In this document: positions 24,101-39,200 of the stretch, in pieces
How the letters are laid out: the number at the start of each line of letters is the position of its first letter
How positions within the stretch are numbered: position 1 is the stretch's first letter
Assembly: GCF_001194135.2 (NCBI RefSeq)
Contig: NC_068981.1
Coordinates: 71,632,360-71,696,359, forward strand
DNA length: 64,000 nt
From: Octopus bimaculoides
Taxonomy: Eukaryota
Direction of reading: 5' to 3'
The notes under the pieces: model-generated
Database searches by the model: none
What the model saw: only the letters and a program-made list of their open reading frames with translations
What the model was told of the DNA's origin: nothing
Position numbers and translations under genes: made by a program

Positions 24101-26885
24101 GCTGCGCACTGCTGTGAAGATGGTTACTGAAAGCAAACCCCTTGTATGAAGCACCTGTGAATAAATGGTTATTGAATTTACCCCACCTGAGAACTTCATT
24201 CTTCGTATTTCCAGCTCCTTGAATCAAAAGAATAATTATAATGGAAGAAGATACCCCAAAAGTATCATAAAAACCTTCCTTCCATTATACACTCCTCTAC
24301 ATCATTTGTTAGGATCAAGCACCTTTGTATTTTTTTCTGTTCATTGATTCTATGTTGACGGATGAGTAATAAATCTGCAGAAAAAATAGCCACAGCACAG
24401 TCATGTAAGCACAAACAATATTCAGAGTGCATTTGGGGTAGGTGAGCATTGTAGATGAGTACGAAGAATGGATACGCTTTTGTAGTGCAAGCAAAATCTT
24501 TGACTGATTGTCCTTTTTGTTATCACAGATCAATTTGCGATATGCATAACATAATTTACAACTGAGCGTACCATGCAATTCTGAATCAGTGATAAATGAG
24601 GTTGCATGTATATATGGTTCACTTACCTATGCCAAGGACAACAACTCGTATTGGCCTTGCAGATACATACAACAAGGAAGCTAATCCAGTAATCTAATAA
24701 CAGTACTGTCTTGCACATAACGTATTTTGTTTCTTTTCTCTAGTTCCTAGCAGGAGTGGCATTATCTTTCATACTCCAAGGATGAAAAAATAAGTACTCT
24801 AAATATAGTCAATATCTTCCCTACAAAAATTGTTTTTGTGCTTACATAAGACATAAATATCTGAAAATTTATATAAAATTTTTATTACGGCCATAAAAAA
24901 CAAAATGTTATTACCTGATGAGATATATGAGATAGCATAGCTGTCAGATTTTGGATAGTTTTCAGCATGCCAACGTGCCTCAGTGTTACTTTCCGGGTCA
25001 GTGTATAAAAGAACTCCGCGTAGTCCAGCCATTTGAGCATTATATATCTATAATACAAAAAAACAAACCTTCAGTTATTATTCTTTATCATATAGACAAT
25101 TAACAACAATTAAAGTTTCACAGTCAATATGACTTAAAACTGTGATTTCCAACTCCATTGAAAATCACTAAGCATTTATGAAACCATCTTTATTTCACTA
25201 AAGGGGCCAAATCTAAAATGGACAATCACTATTTTTATAATATTATTTCAAACAAAGTGAGTTGGCAGGGTCATTAGAGTTTTGCTTGTGATCTGATTCA
25301 CTGCATTCTGAGTTCAAATCCTGCTAAGTTTAATTTTGCTTGTCATCCTAACATTGTTGATAAATAACGTAGAAGCGCAATTCTGGAAGCAATTCTTTTT
25401 TTCTTTCTTAGTCTATATTTTCCTTTCATCTCTTTCTCTTGGAATCAGTTATTTTATGTTATGAGAAAGGTTATGGAAGACCATTCTCAGCATCACTTTT
25501 TTCAGATATTCGAGGATGATTAAGCAAGGGCAGGCAACTTCTCATAAAAAATTTTTTAAAACTTATATGAAACATTCTCTTACCAAAAATATCTGTTTAA
25601 CAGATATTTTTGGTAAGAGAATGTTGATTTCGAAACTATAGTACACGGATAATTTATATTTATGTAATTTTCATTGTCTTGCCCGCATACATTTTGGTAT
25701 TTCGCTGAATTTCATTTGAGAACAATAAGGTCTTAGTAGACACATTACATGTGATCTTCTTCTAGCACATTAACAGTCCACCTAGTGGTCTTCTTTATAT
25801 ATACATATATTGACATTCGTGCGGGTGACACGTAAAAGCACCCACTACACTCTCTGAGTGGTTGGCGTTAGGAAGGGCATCCAGCTGTAGAAACTCTGCC
25901 AAATCAGACTGGAGCCTGGTGTTGNNNNNNNNNNNNNNNNNNNNNNNNNNNNNNNNNNNNNNNNNNNNNNNNNNNNNNNNNNNNNNNNNNNNNNNNNNNN
26001 NNNNNNNNNNNNNNNNNNNNNNNNNNNNNNNNNNNNNNNNNNNNNNNNNNNNNNNNNNNNNNNNNNNNNNNNNNNNNNNNNNNNNNNNNNNNNNNNNNNN
26101 NNNNNNNNNNNNNNNNNNNNNNNNNNNNNNNNNNNNNNNNNNNNNNNNNNNNNNNNNNNNNNNNNNNNNNNNNNNNNNNNNNNNNNNNNNNNNNNNNNNN
26201 NNNNNNNNNNNNNNNNNNNNNNNNNNNNNNNNNNNNNNNNNNNNNNNNNNNNNNNNNNNNNNNNNNNNNNNNNNNNNNNNNNNNNNNNNNNNNNNNNNNN
26301 NNNNNNNNNNNNNNNNNNNNNNNNNNNNNNNNNNNNNNNNNNNNNNNNNNNNNNNNNNNNNNNNNNNNNNNNNNNNNNNNNNNNNNNNNNNNNNNNNNNN
26401 NNNNNNNNNNNNNNNNNNNNNNNNNNNNNNNNNNNNNNNNNNNNNNNNNNNNNNNNNNNNNNNNNNNNNNNNNNNNNNNNNNNNNNNNNNNNNNNNNNNN
26501 NNNNNNNNNNNNNNNNNNNNNNNNNNNNNNNNNNNNNNNNNNNNNNNNNNNNNNNNNNNNNNNNNNNNNNNNNNNNNNNNNNNNNNNNNNNNNNNNNNNN
26601 NNNNNNNNNNNNNNNNNNNNNNNNNNNNNNNNNNNNNNNNNNNNNNNNNNNNNNNNNNNNNNNNNNNNNNNNNNNNNNNNNNNNNNNNNNNNNNNNNNNN
26701 NNNNNNNNNNNNNNNNNNNNNNNNNNNNNNNNNNNNNNNNNNNNNNNNNNNNNNNNNNNNNNNNNNNNNNNNNNNNNNNNNNNNNNNNNNNNNNNNNNNN
26801 NNNNNNNNNNNNNNNNNNNNNNNNNNNNNNNNNNNNNNNNNNNNNNNNNNNNNNNNNNNNNNNNNNNNNNNNNNNNNNNNNNNNN

Positions 26886-26958
<73 letters not shown>

Positions 26959-29900
26959 CACACACACATGCATATAAAGACATTTGATTACATATGTACA
27001 CAAAACACTCTCACACCTTTTCTGATTATTTCAACAAGTAATACATGTTTTTAAATAAACATCTCTGTATGTCAATAAATTTAACTAGACTTTCTTCTCT
27101 ATTTAGAAATAAGTCTTAATAAATATTGCTTAACTCAACCAAACCAAATTTTCTTGAGTAAACATTTAAAAGTACTATATATAAAAGTTTTACTAAATAC
27201 AAACATTCATTCTAACAGTTCTTTCCTCAACATACAGATTTTCATTTATATATTTACCAAGGTTCAAACTAAATCTTTAATTACTGTATTCACTTAAATA
27301 CAAACTGATCTCATACATATGATGTGACTTAAACTTTTTTAAATTAAGGTCATTTATTTTATGCTTTTACAGATTAGGACTAAGCTTTGACTAAATTCAA
27401 TGCAGTGAACATTACATCTCTTCTTCAGATTGTATACTAAACATCATTTTTGTATTTAACATACAAGGCACAAGCATGTCTGTGTGGTAAGAAGTTTACT
27501 TTCCAATCAAATGCTTTTGGGTTAGGTTCCACTACATAGCAATTTGGGCAAGTGTCTTCTATTATATTATATATTATTAAAATTATTAAAATTTTAGATT
27601 AAAATCTTAGATAAGTATTTATACGGTATATGCCTCACAGCATGGTTTTGGACGGGTTTTTCATTGACTGAGTTGTAGAGTGGTGGTTCGTCTCTAAATT
27701 AGTTATATTCATATATATTACGAAACTCCGTGTAATATTATACCGAATTTTACCTGTAAGGTTGGAATAAGTTTTTATTCCCTAATATTATTACTATATA
27801 TACATATATATATAAACATATATATATATATATATGCGCCCAGGAAAGTTTATATTGTATTTTTATATTAATTCTAAACAAAGATATTATGCACATTTAA
27901 ACTCGTTTAAATATAAAGAGAATGGTAATTCCACATCACTAGCCAGCCACGTATACCCACAAACTCTGTTTACACTATACATATACAAAGTTACCAAATC
28001 ATTCTTCAACAACCACACAAATCAATGCACTTTTGTCCATGTTGATTACAAACAGTTCCTTACCTTCTTTGAAATAGATATCTTGCCTGTTCGTATTATT
28101 GCAATCTGGTCAATGAGGGTGACTTTCAGTTTATTTAGGTAAGCAAAGTCAACTGACCTCCCATAATTGGCATAATACAATAAACCCTAAATAAAAACAA
28201 AATAGAAAAAATAGTATTAAATTGCGAGTAAACACAAACATACAGTTCAAAAACCCTCCATGTCACATTCTGAGTTCAAATCCTGACAGAGCTAATTTTT
28301 TCATGGCAAATTTCAATTTAACATATGCTTTGTTTACTCAAATCAGGAACTCTGAAGTTGTTAAAGGAATTACAAAGCATTCACTGGGGTCAATTCCATC
28401 AAATCTAAACATTATCGAACACACATACTCAATATATGTGCTTTGTTTGTTTTCCGGTAGGCTGCAATTTAGCACAGTGGAGACAACTCCTTCAGTTCGC
28501 CTCCAATTCCTTTCAGGTATGTGATGTTGATAAGCTACAAAAATGGTGAAACATCAATATCCATTACTCCTGAATGGGATTTGGGGTGAGTTGCCTCACT
28601 TGCTTATGACTTTTGGGTATTTTAACACCCATACTTTAAAGGACTCATCTCCACCACATTATTTTGCAGCTTACAGGTGAACAAGCAAAGCACATACATT
28701 AAGTATGTGTGTTCGATAATGTTTGCAACACTAGCACTATATCTACTTTATATTTGAATCTATTAAGTTAATTTAATTTCTGGTTTTATAATAATGTCAG
28801 GTACTTTTTTTTTAGAAGTTTTTCATGCTTGCATATACACAAAATGTTTTTTTTCTTTTGTTATTGGAGCTATTCTTTTAACAGCTGGACATACACAAAC
28901 AGACAGCTGAAAACTATTACATAAGGAGTGCTGTTGTTTATTAGGTGACCAAAAATACAAATGATACATTAAAATGTAAAGGTTTCTTTTTTACCTAATA
29001 TACAATGTCTAACAAAATGATAATGAAGTAAGAAGAGCAGAACACTGGTAATGAAGATGAAATAAAATAGTAGCTGACAAATATACACAGGAAAATATCT
29101 AAAAAGCCTGCAGACTTGATCAAACTTGACCACCTATGTCAGACAAAGTATTTAAAACAAGAATGAGGAACATAGAGAAATAAATTCATTTTAATTTAGC
29201 TTACCAGTGGAAGCTTGTACAAACAAGTAATAGTTAATAGAAATTCAGTACTTTGAACAAAGGAAAGAATTTATGATACAAAGTTACATAACAGGGCTAT
29301 GTTCTAAAAGTAATGCAATGGACAAATATATTTAACATAACACAAAAAATAATTTTTACTAAAAAGAATAACAGTTTTGACCAATAAAATAAAAAGTGTC
29401 TGATAGAAATGACAATAAAATGTTCTTTGATATTTTCTTTACCAAATAAATATTTGGAAAACAGAAATTAATGTGTGTTGCAATATATCATTAGGGGTGT
29501 GCAGAGAAGAATATACAAACATGAAATTTCATTAGTCTTTGTCTGTGTCTATGCTTCATTGGCTTCAGCTAGGGGACAGAGCAGTTATAGTGTTTTGTCA
29601 TTCTATGGTGCACCCTCCCAACCCACTCTCGCCACCTGTACCAGAAGTCTTTCTCCTCTTACCTCTACCAGAAGTCTCTCTCCTCTTACTACTACCAGAA
29701 GTCTCTCTCCTAAGCACTTCTAACAGTTACCTATACGGAATGCCTCCCCTCCATCCCTGTCTAGATTCTATCTCCCATTAAACCAGTGCCACCATCACAT
29801 AAAAAACACCATTTGAGCGTGACCAACGCCAGTGTTGCCTGATTAATATCCGTGCCAGTGGCATGTAAAAAGCACCTTTCAAGCATGGCTAATGCCAGTA

Positions 29901-31378
29901 CCACCTAACTGGCCCCTGTGCCGGTGGCACATAAAAAGCACCCACCACACTCTCACAGTGGTTGGCATTAGGAAGGGCATCCAGCTGTAGAAACCTTGCC
30001 AAATCAGATTGGGACCTGGTGCAGCCTCCTAGTTTACCAATTCTCAGTCAAACTGTCCAACCCATGCCAGCGTGGAAAACAGATGTTAAACGATGACGAT
30101 GATGATGATGATGAATGCCAATGACTAGTTCATTCGCATTTTCTTGTTGGATTCCCATCTCAACTCACTTCTAAGGAGTCTTGTTAGCAGTTGCCATCAA
30201 AGAAAGAAGAGCTTTGATTTTATTGACCACAGTAGGGTCAGATGAGCCAAGACAATGATTCTGGTAAATCCTGAATTCATGTGACTGTCTTTTTAACTGA
30301 CATCATACAGAGAAAAATTGTTTCAACCTATTTTCAAGAGTAATTGAATAGATAAGCTGGCTGAAGGACTTAACTCTTAACTCTTTAACTGCAAAATTAA
30401 ATTTTATGGTTATTCTAGTAATAATGTTAAAATATCTACCAAAAATAGAATTGGTATTTTCTGCAAGTCACACTTCCTCAAAAACTTGACACACTTGACA
30501 AAAAATAGTTTCAAACATGACATTCCTCAACAAAAGATAAATTGGTATATAAACCTGCTTTCTGCAGTTAAGGGTAATGAAATTTTGAAACGATGTATCT
30601 GATTATCACAAAAAAAGGGTTAAGAGAAACTATAGTAGCTCTCTATCAGAAGGAAGGCAATAACCAAAGGTCAAAGATATCACTGTCAACATATGTGAGT
30701 GATTATGTTGCAACAAGTAATGATGATGAACCATGTCCCCTTGATCACAGAGGGAGTATAAAAGATCAAACTGAAACAGAAAAAGGAATGGACCCAGACT
30801 ATTCGGACAATGAAAAAGAAAGTGGTAAAGGAAAGGTAGATTTGGAATTCAGCTGCTGTGGAAAGGTGTTTTCTAGTTACATCAGGCTTAGAATTCACCA
30901 AGGGAAGGTGTGTCAGAAGAAAGTGATTCAACAGTGTAGGTAGAAAAACCAGAAGACGTGTGGCCAGAACCTTCTGGAAAGAAACCATAGCAAAGGTCAT
31001 TTCACAGTTGAATCAAAAGAGCCAAGAAAAGAGATAGGCATGAAGAAGCCAAAGATTAAGTGGCCAAAGGCAAATGATGCAGCTAGCTATAAGAAATTTG
31101 ACAATGAGGTAGCAAAAATGACCACCAAATTCAAAGGGGAAGACAAACAAAAGCTCATGGCAGGATGGTCATTCGCCTGCTGACATTCGGGCCAAAGAAA
31201 AAAGGAGAAAAAAAAAAACGCACTCAACACCAGAGCTGAAAGGGTGGGGGGCATCACATCAAAAACAGTAGAGGAGTAGGGACTGAAAGCAGACGTGGTT
31301 CCTTCTGATGGTAGCCACTGGATCCTACGAAGGAGATGTTGAGGTAGCAAACCACAAAACGTGGCTGGAATTCCCCAT

Positions 31379-31417
<39 letters not shown>

Positions 31418-33168
31418 CATACATACATACATACAATGGGCTTCTTTCAGCTTTCATCTACCAAAAATCTATTCACAAGACTTTGGTCAGCCTTTTGAGC
31501 AGATTTAGTTGCAGAAGACACTTGCCCAATGTATCATACAGTGGGACTGAACCCAGAACAGTCTGTTGGGAACCGCACTTCTCACTATACATCCATGCCT
31601 GTGCCTAACCATCCCTGCACCTGTTGAATATAGAAATACTTATAGAAAAATTAGGTAAAAATAAATCTTTTATCGTAGGTAAATATTAATTGTTAACTTA
31701 CTTTGAAGTTATCGTTACTTGTCTCAAACATGTAGCTGTGTTCGTCTTGTTCAACATGGTTTGCTTTAGTCTTAGAAGAAATTTTAGGGATCGAACTGCT
31801 GTCAGAGTTTAAGGTTTTCAACTGGGCACTCAATTGAACTTGTCCTTTCCCATTAACAATCTCCATATAATTCGGTTCTTTTACATCCGGGGTAGTAACT
31901 AGAACATTGTATGTAAGAACTTCAACTTTGTCAAGTCCAACTTGGTAAAATTTCTTTTGAATGTAATCACTGAATTGATTATCGTAATCCTTTCTTGGCT
32001 GTTGTGGAAGCTGTTTTGGAAAATCCCTACAATAGAAAGATTTTAAAACAATTATTATATCAATCATTAACTTTTTTGTTTTTAATTAACACAGAATAAT
32101 TTGGTATGTTATAGAAGTAGCCAGAAATATTAATATCAATTACCTCAATTCCTATATTTTTCTTTTCTTGTATTCTAACACCAGAAATATTCAAAAACTC
32201 TTTCCTCTACTCTACACCAGATCAAATTAGACAAAAGATCAACTTATGCCAGCATGGTAAACACATATTATTTGATGATGATGATGATGATGAAATTACA
32301 AATGTCTCTTCACAAACATATTTTCATGTGTTTAAGTCAAACTATTAAGAAGTACAAATTTGAAAACCTAACCTGTATTTCACTTCGTAAAAAGAAAGAT
32401 CCTAAATATTTATTATCAATCATAATAAAATAATAAACCTCCAGATAAACTAATAAACCTTTCTAACAGAAGTTGAGAGGTGCAAATAATAGATGGAGAA
32501 ACAGAGCGAGAGGAGAAAACAATTTACTAGAGTTGCTGTTTAGTTCCAGGTTAGCTTTGGTCAAGCAGACTTATGAAAAAGGCATTAACTGTTTTGTGTA
32601 AGGAACATTAATATGGAGAAAACATGGGCAAAATAATTTAGAGAAAGGTATAGCATAAATTTTCTGTCTAGTTTTATATAACAGCTTATCAAAATATAAT
32701 AAATAAGTAAGATTTCTAAATATAAACATCTGTATAATAAATCCATGACCTGAATATATGTTAAAGAGCGGGAATAAGTTTATTCTTCTTACCATCTTAT
32801 GTATCTAAAGAGCAAAAACTTTTTCTCCCAGTTAGAGGTCTCAAAAAGCTAGTTAACTGCTTTTGTTTAGCTCCAGTCCAGACCTGACCAACCAGATTTT
32901 TTTTTTAACAAAATGATTCCAGCTATGACTATCCTGCTATTCTGTCATTCCACAAGTACAGTTAACCCTGACCTCCCAAATCCAATGTGTCTAGATTTTC
33001 TAATTGGTAGAGATTTCAAAGAAATGTACTACCATTACTGCTGGTTGAAATGATTACGTAGAGGCTACCTTGTTGACTTACTACTATTTCCTTCTAAAAT
33101 TAAATTAATGAAAAACATTTTTTTTCCTATCATATGTAAACACTCCAAGTGTTTAGTCACAAGAGTAG

Positions 33169-33211
<43 letters not shown>

Positions 33212-36200
33212 GAAGCAACTTCAAAAACTAAATTAATTAAAAATTGTATGAAGTTTGTAGTACAGAACAAGTTTGACCACTGCCAAATGTCAGTGACAAT
33301 TCCAAATATATTTCAGTCTTATTAGACCTTCTCAGCAAAGCAGGCTGAGAATTTCATATGCAAAGTTGTCATCCTTGCTTTTCTTGACTAGAATTAATAA
33401 TTAAAGATAATGATTTATTTCTTTCTTTTCATTAGGGACATTATTTTGAATGATTAAGTATTTATTTAGACTTACAAAATTAAGTAAGCATCTATTTAAC
33501 TATATGTGAAATGTATTTTAGTTAAGACATAATAGTAATATTAACTAAGAGATTGGTTGCTTGATCACAAAAATATATGTAGCAAATATACAGTATGCTA
33601 TTTCCCCTTAATTCCACTTTTAATCTAATTACTTCATTGCATATCTTCTTTAACCTATACTACCATATCACTCACTACACTTTCACTCATACTATACACC
33701 CTATTTCTGATAAAAAGAAGGGATGGACAAGGTTCAAATGCTCTTACTCAATCAAGGCTGCCCTAGGGCTAAACAGCAAATTTTACCCATGTATGATCCA
33801 TTTATAAATATTTCATTTGGTTAAGAAGCTTGCTTCTCAAACACGTGGTCTTGGGTTCAGTTCCACAGCATGGCACTGTGGGCAAGTGTCTTCTACGATA
33901 GATCCAGGTCAATCAAAGCTTTGACTAGATTTGATGGATGGAAACTGAACAAAACCCATAGTGTGTGTGTGTGTGTGTGTGTTTTGCTTGCCTTGTTTGT
34001 ATGCACCTTTGTCTAGACATCACATGATGGTTGTAAATGCATATCAACATCATTCAAGTGAAGTTGTTCATTTCCAATCTTTCATGATAAACATGTCTTG
34101 CTATGGGAGAATAATAATACCGTACTTGAAAATAGGTGAGGGTTGGCAGCAGAAAGAGCATCCAGCTGTAGAAAATCTACCTCAACAAATTCCATCTGAC
34201 CCATGCAAGTATGGAAAAGTGGACATTAAATGATGATGATGATGATGGTAGTACAGTCAATACTCTTGTAAATATTTTCACCTAAATGCATTGTCAGTAT
34301 ATATATACACTGAAACTGTCACTCAAACTCAGGTTGTACATGCATCAGACAGGATTTAAAATATTCTGTCTTTGTTGCTGATCTGTTTTCATTTCTCACA
34401 TTTTAAAGTAACACAACATTAGTGGTAACACTTATCTGTTAATCTGTCCTTTGTGTCAAAAGAGGTAGCAATTACCTAAACTGCTCAAATATCTTTTTAT
34501 TGTGCCCAAAACACAACACTATCACTAATTCCATCCTCAGCATTCATTACATCATCTAAGTAGCATATTTTACATACTACATCCGGTTATAAAATCAAGC
34601 AGTTCATATTCTCCAGCCCTTGGTTCATCACCCAGTCACACATGCATACACACACACACACCTGTACACTTATAATATTTGAGTTGTTGCAATATTTCAG
34701 ACCTCACTGCTGCTTTATGTGCACATTGATTGCTCTTCCTATACAATATTTACTTCATTACTACAAAGAGACATGACTATTTTCTTTGCATTGAAAGTAT
34801 TTACTACTGTGTTGCAGTTGGTCAATATGAATTATTGACTTGTTTCGTGTCACAGACACTATACTGTAATATTTGGCAAAGACAGCTTGTAATGGCTCAA
34901 TCTACCTATAGATTAACTACGTACCAAGGCGAGGTACATTTTACCACTTACAGTAATAAGAATACTTTATAACTGTTGCTTCGTTAATTTATAGCACTGG
35001 CCTTAAATCCTCCTTTAACCATTGAACATTTAAACAGGCCATATCTGGCCCAAATATTCTCCTTGCTTTATGTTCAAGCCATACAGATCTGGCCTCTCAC
35101 ACCTACACTACAATGTCTTTCTAACAATAATAATTACATCATCAAAATCTCAAAGCTACAAGATAATGCATGATTAATTCAAACCAATATGTTGTTATGT
35201 TCTGTTTGATTTTAAAACACATTACACTACCAAACTAAATGACCACAATACATTTTCATTATTTCATCAGTAGTAATATACGTATATTTTTTTACCACTT
35301 AGTCTGGGAGAGAAGGACCTCAAAGACTAGTTGGAGGAAGGGATGAAGTTATCCTAGCATCAAATGCTTACAAGAAAATGAACTCACTCTGTTAAAGGTA
35401 CCAAGGTGATGGTAGTTTAAACTGAGTAACAAATTAAGCCTACAACTGAAGAACTCAGAATATAAAGAACCAGATCAAATATTAGAAGTCATCTCATGGA
35501 ATTCGCTAACATTTCTATCAATCCACTACTTTGAATTGTCATTTTATTTTCTCAATCACCAAAAGAGTGAAGAAAAAAGTTGACCACGGTAAGATTTGAA
35601 CTCAGAGCCTGAACAAATACAACAAGGCATTTTGCCTGAAGGTAACAATTTTGTCACTTTGCTGGCAGTGTAACAGAGAACTTATGAGAACAAAAGGATT
35701 ATAAAAGAAATATTTCCTACCTTTTAAGATAGAGATTAACTAAAAATAATTAATTTCCAATAAATTCTAAAGAGCTGAAGCAAGAAACTAGTCTGCAAAA
35801 CCAAATGCAATTTACTAATCTTTGCTATGAACACCACAAATCTTTAAGCATACACCAACAAACTGGATGGCAAAAGAAATGCAACATACTCTGACTATGC
35901 TTTTATACTCTGCATGAAAAAAAAATTATAGCTTGACGCAGACAAGCATGAAATGTGGCATATCCAAGCATAGTGAGCAATTGGTTGTTCTTAACCATAT
36001 AACACTTGAATTATCAATGTACAGAAAATTATTTACTGGTCTTTTTCAACTCAAAGGTAATTAAAAATTAAAATTTTCTACATATACTTATTTGAATTAT
36101 TCAAATCTCTGATAAAATAATTGCTTACAAAAAATAATCTTGTTCATACATAAAAGCTCTGAGAGCTTATCCAACCTTTCAAGTTTGTCATTTTCTTCCC

Positions 36201-39200
36201 ACACAAATGTTATATTTGAATAATAATTATTATTAACAATAAGTGTAATAAGGTTAAGGATTCAATAAGTTTACATGAATAGAGTTGACAGAGCTAACAA
36301 TTCTTCACTAAATATATTATCTTAACTTTTAATCCAGCAGATATTCAGATTTTTCTTTTGAATTGTAACACTGTTGAAGTTGTCTGTATTCAACAAAATG
36401 AGAAATAAATCCAAGCATATCATCATCATTTAACGTCCATTGTCTGTGCTGGCATGGGTTGGACAGTTTGACTGGGCTGGCACACTGGAAGGCTGCACCA
36501 GACTCCAGTCTGATTTGGAATGGTTTTCTATGGCTGGATGCACTTCCTAACGCCAACCACTCTGAGAGTGTAATGGATGTTTTTACATGCCACCGGCACA
36601 TGTACCATTTGCACGAGACTGGGGTGCTTTTATGTGCCACCAGCACGGGTGCCAATTTGAGTGACACTGGTATTTGCCACGACTGCTATTTTGCTTGGCT
36701 TGATGGGTCTTCTTCCCAAGCATGACATAATGCCAAAGGTCTCGGTCACTGCCTCCATGAGGCCCAACATTTGAAAGGAACTCAGCCACTTTGCCTCGCC
36801 AAAGGTCTCGGTCACTGCCTCCATGAGGCCCAACACTTGAAAGGAACTCAGCCACTTTGCCTCAAATGAATATCAGGAGAACGAGATCTGGGTTCGATAT
36901 TGATTATGTAAATACTTGAAAAAAGTGGAAATGAAGTATTAATGGTATAGAATAAATGAAAGTGATTGTCTCATTTGGCTGCAGACACAATACAGACTGT
37001 AAAATGATTCATATTAAGAGCATTCTACAATAGAAATGTTGAAAATAGAACATAAAAGTGGAATGTGTTCCCTAACCAACCTATAAGGCCAGTAACTCCA
37101 AATAACAACTGATCTCTATCCATCTGACCCTTCAAACTCATTCTAACATGGTAAAGCAAATATAAATTGATGATAGACGCACTCAACTTTCATAAATGAA
37201 AAACAGACAAATCGTCAGTTTGAGGAGTTAACCTATATTTAATTAATATAACACATCACATGACCATTGCAAGTATCTGAACCAAGACCCAAGTTTGAGG
37301 CTATCACAATATCTTGATGTGAGACTTCTGATTGCAACTCTCCTTGAATAGCACCACAGTTTGTGAAGGAGTATATATATATATATGGGAGAATATACAA
37401 ATAATAACAACAGACGAGGACAGGTGGTGTAAATAACAAAAGTATATATTAGTATGACGCTCGGGAATACGGAAAGTCTTTGACGTTTCGAGCTACGCTC
37501 TTCAACAGAAAGAATACGGAGACAAGGAGAAAAACACGGAGAAAAAAAATTGAATAGTGTTCAGTCAACGGTCAATCATAATAATATATATATATATATA
37601 TANNNNNNNNNNNNNNNNNNNNNNNNNNNNNNNNNNNNNNNNNNNNNNNNNNNNNNNNNNNNNNNNNNATAAAACAAATAATAAATGGGTAAATGCATAT
37701 AAACGTATAGGTATGTGCATACCTATGTCTACCTGTATATATAGGTGCATATCTGGGTACAGGACATTGCAAACAAAACGTAGACAAGAAAATAATAATA
37801 ACCAGAGTACAGAAAACACACAAACCACATAGAGAACATTTTTCTTCATCAGCTACCCCCATTTTAACACCGGCGTTTCATTTAGTGTCTGCTTTCCATG
37901 CTGGCATGGGTTTGACAGTTTGACTGGAACTGGTAAGCCAGAGAGCTGCACCATGTTCCAGTCTGATTTGGTATGGTTTCTACAGCTGGATACCCTTCCT
38001 AATGTCAACCACTCCAAGAATGGGTACTTTTATGTGCCATCAGCATGAATGCTTTTATTTCACTTGGCTTGATAATTTTTTCCAAGCACAGTATATCACC
38101 AAAGGGCTTGGTTACTTGTCATCGCCTCTGTGAGGCCCAATGTTTGAAGATCATGTTTCACCACCTCATCCCCTGTCTTCCTCAGTCTACTTCTTCTGCA
38201 GGTTCCCTCCACAGTTAGATACCAGCACTTCTTTACACAGTTGTCCTTGTCCATATGCATCATATGACCATACTAGGGCATTCATCTCACTTGCACACCA
38301 CATCTGATGCCTCTTATGCCCAATTTTTCTCTCGAGACACTTACACTCTGTTGCACATGCACACTGACACTGCACATCCAGCGAAGCATAAAAGGTTTCC
38401 CAGTTGAAGACCATTCCCAGATAAAACAGGGTTCAACCTTGTAGCCAATGTAATAGGAAGCTGCCTCATCAATTGGCACATAATCCCATACCATTTCCCC
38501 ACTTAGTCCATGGCTGACACCTCTCTAAATACAGGATATTGAGAGACTGACCTGTAACAACCTTCCAGTTGGATTACCTATATGGAACAACTTAGTGCTT
38601 AAAAGCAACTTATGAGCCATAGTTGTCTGTACTCCTAATAAAACTACTATAAACATGATCAATGAAATTAAATCTAAATAAAAATGACAAATGCGCTACA
38701 AAAATTTTCCCTCTAGATGCAAACATCCATGGATTGTGGTTCAACTGGAACTCTACCAACCACTTCCTTTTAACAAGCAAATCATACACATTCCTTTCTC
38801 AGAGACACAAATCACCCATCCTCAAACTCTAACACAGCTTGATGTACTGGCTTCACTCTTTAACCTAACTCCTCTCTGAGATGTGGTATCAATACTTCTT
38901 ACATACATTTTACACACCACAACTCAATTGCCTCAACTGAATTTCAGCAGCAACAACTTCCAGTTTCTCTCTCTCTTTTCTACATTTCTTGGTCACACTC
39001 AAACTCCTCCAACAACCACCAGTTGTATGATTATCTCTCAAGTCTTTAGCCTCAATGATTTCAATACTCACAACTACTCTTGGTTCTTACACCCCCCACC
39101 CCACCTCACTGATGTAGAAGTCAACTATTTTTCCATTGAAGATTGTTTGCATCAGTCAGTATCATCACCTACCCACAACCCTGGCCAATGCATTGACACT

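Noticed and set aside
24626-24693. Strong minus donor (ATAG|gtaagt) with a short upstream frame
   Set aside because: Inclusion between exons 4 and 5 would shift the frame, and the peptide shows no homology.
25795-27003. Long ORFs of 320-400 aa here, at 48728-49727, at 13614-14159 and at 37557-37862
   Set aside because: They run through N gaps and are artefacts.
37473-37508. Hammerhead-like motif on minus (CUGUUGAA-GAGC GUA GCUC-GAAA)
   Set aside because: The core deviates from CUGANGA and the flanks are direct repeats that cannot form stem I. At best a degenerate repeat relic.
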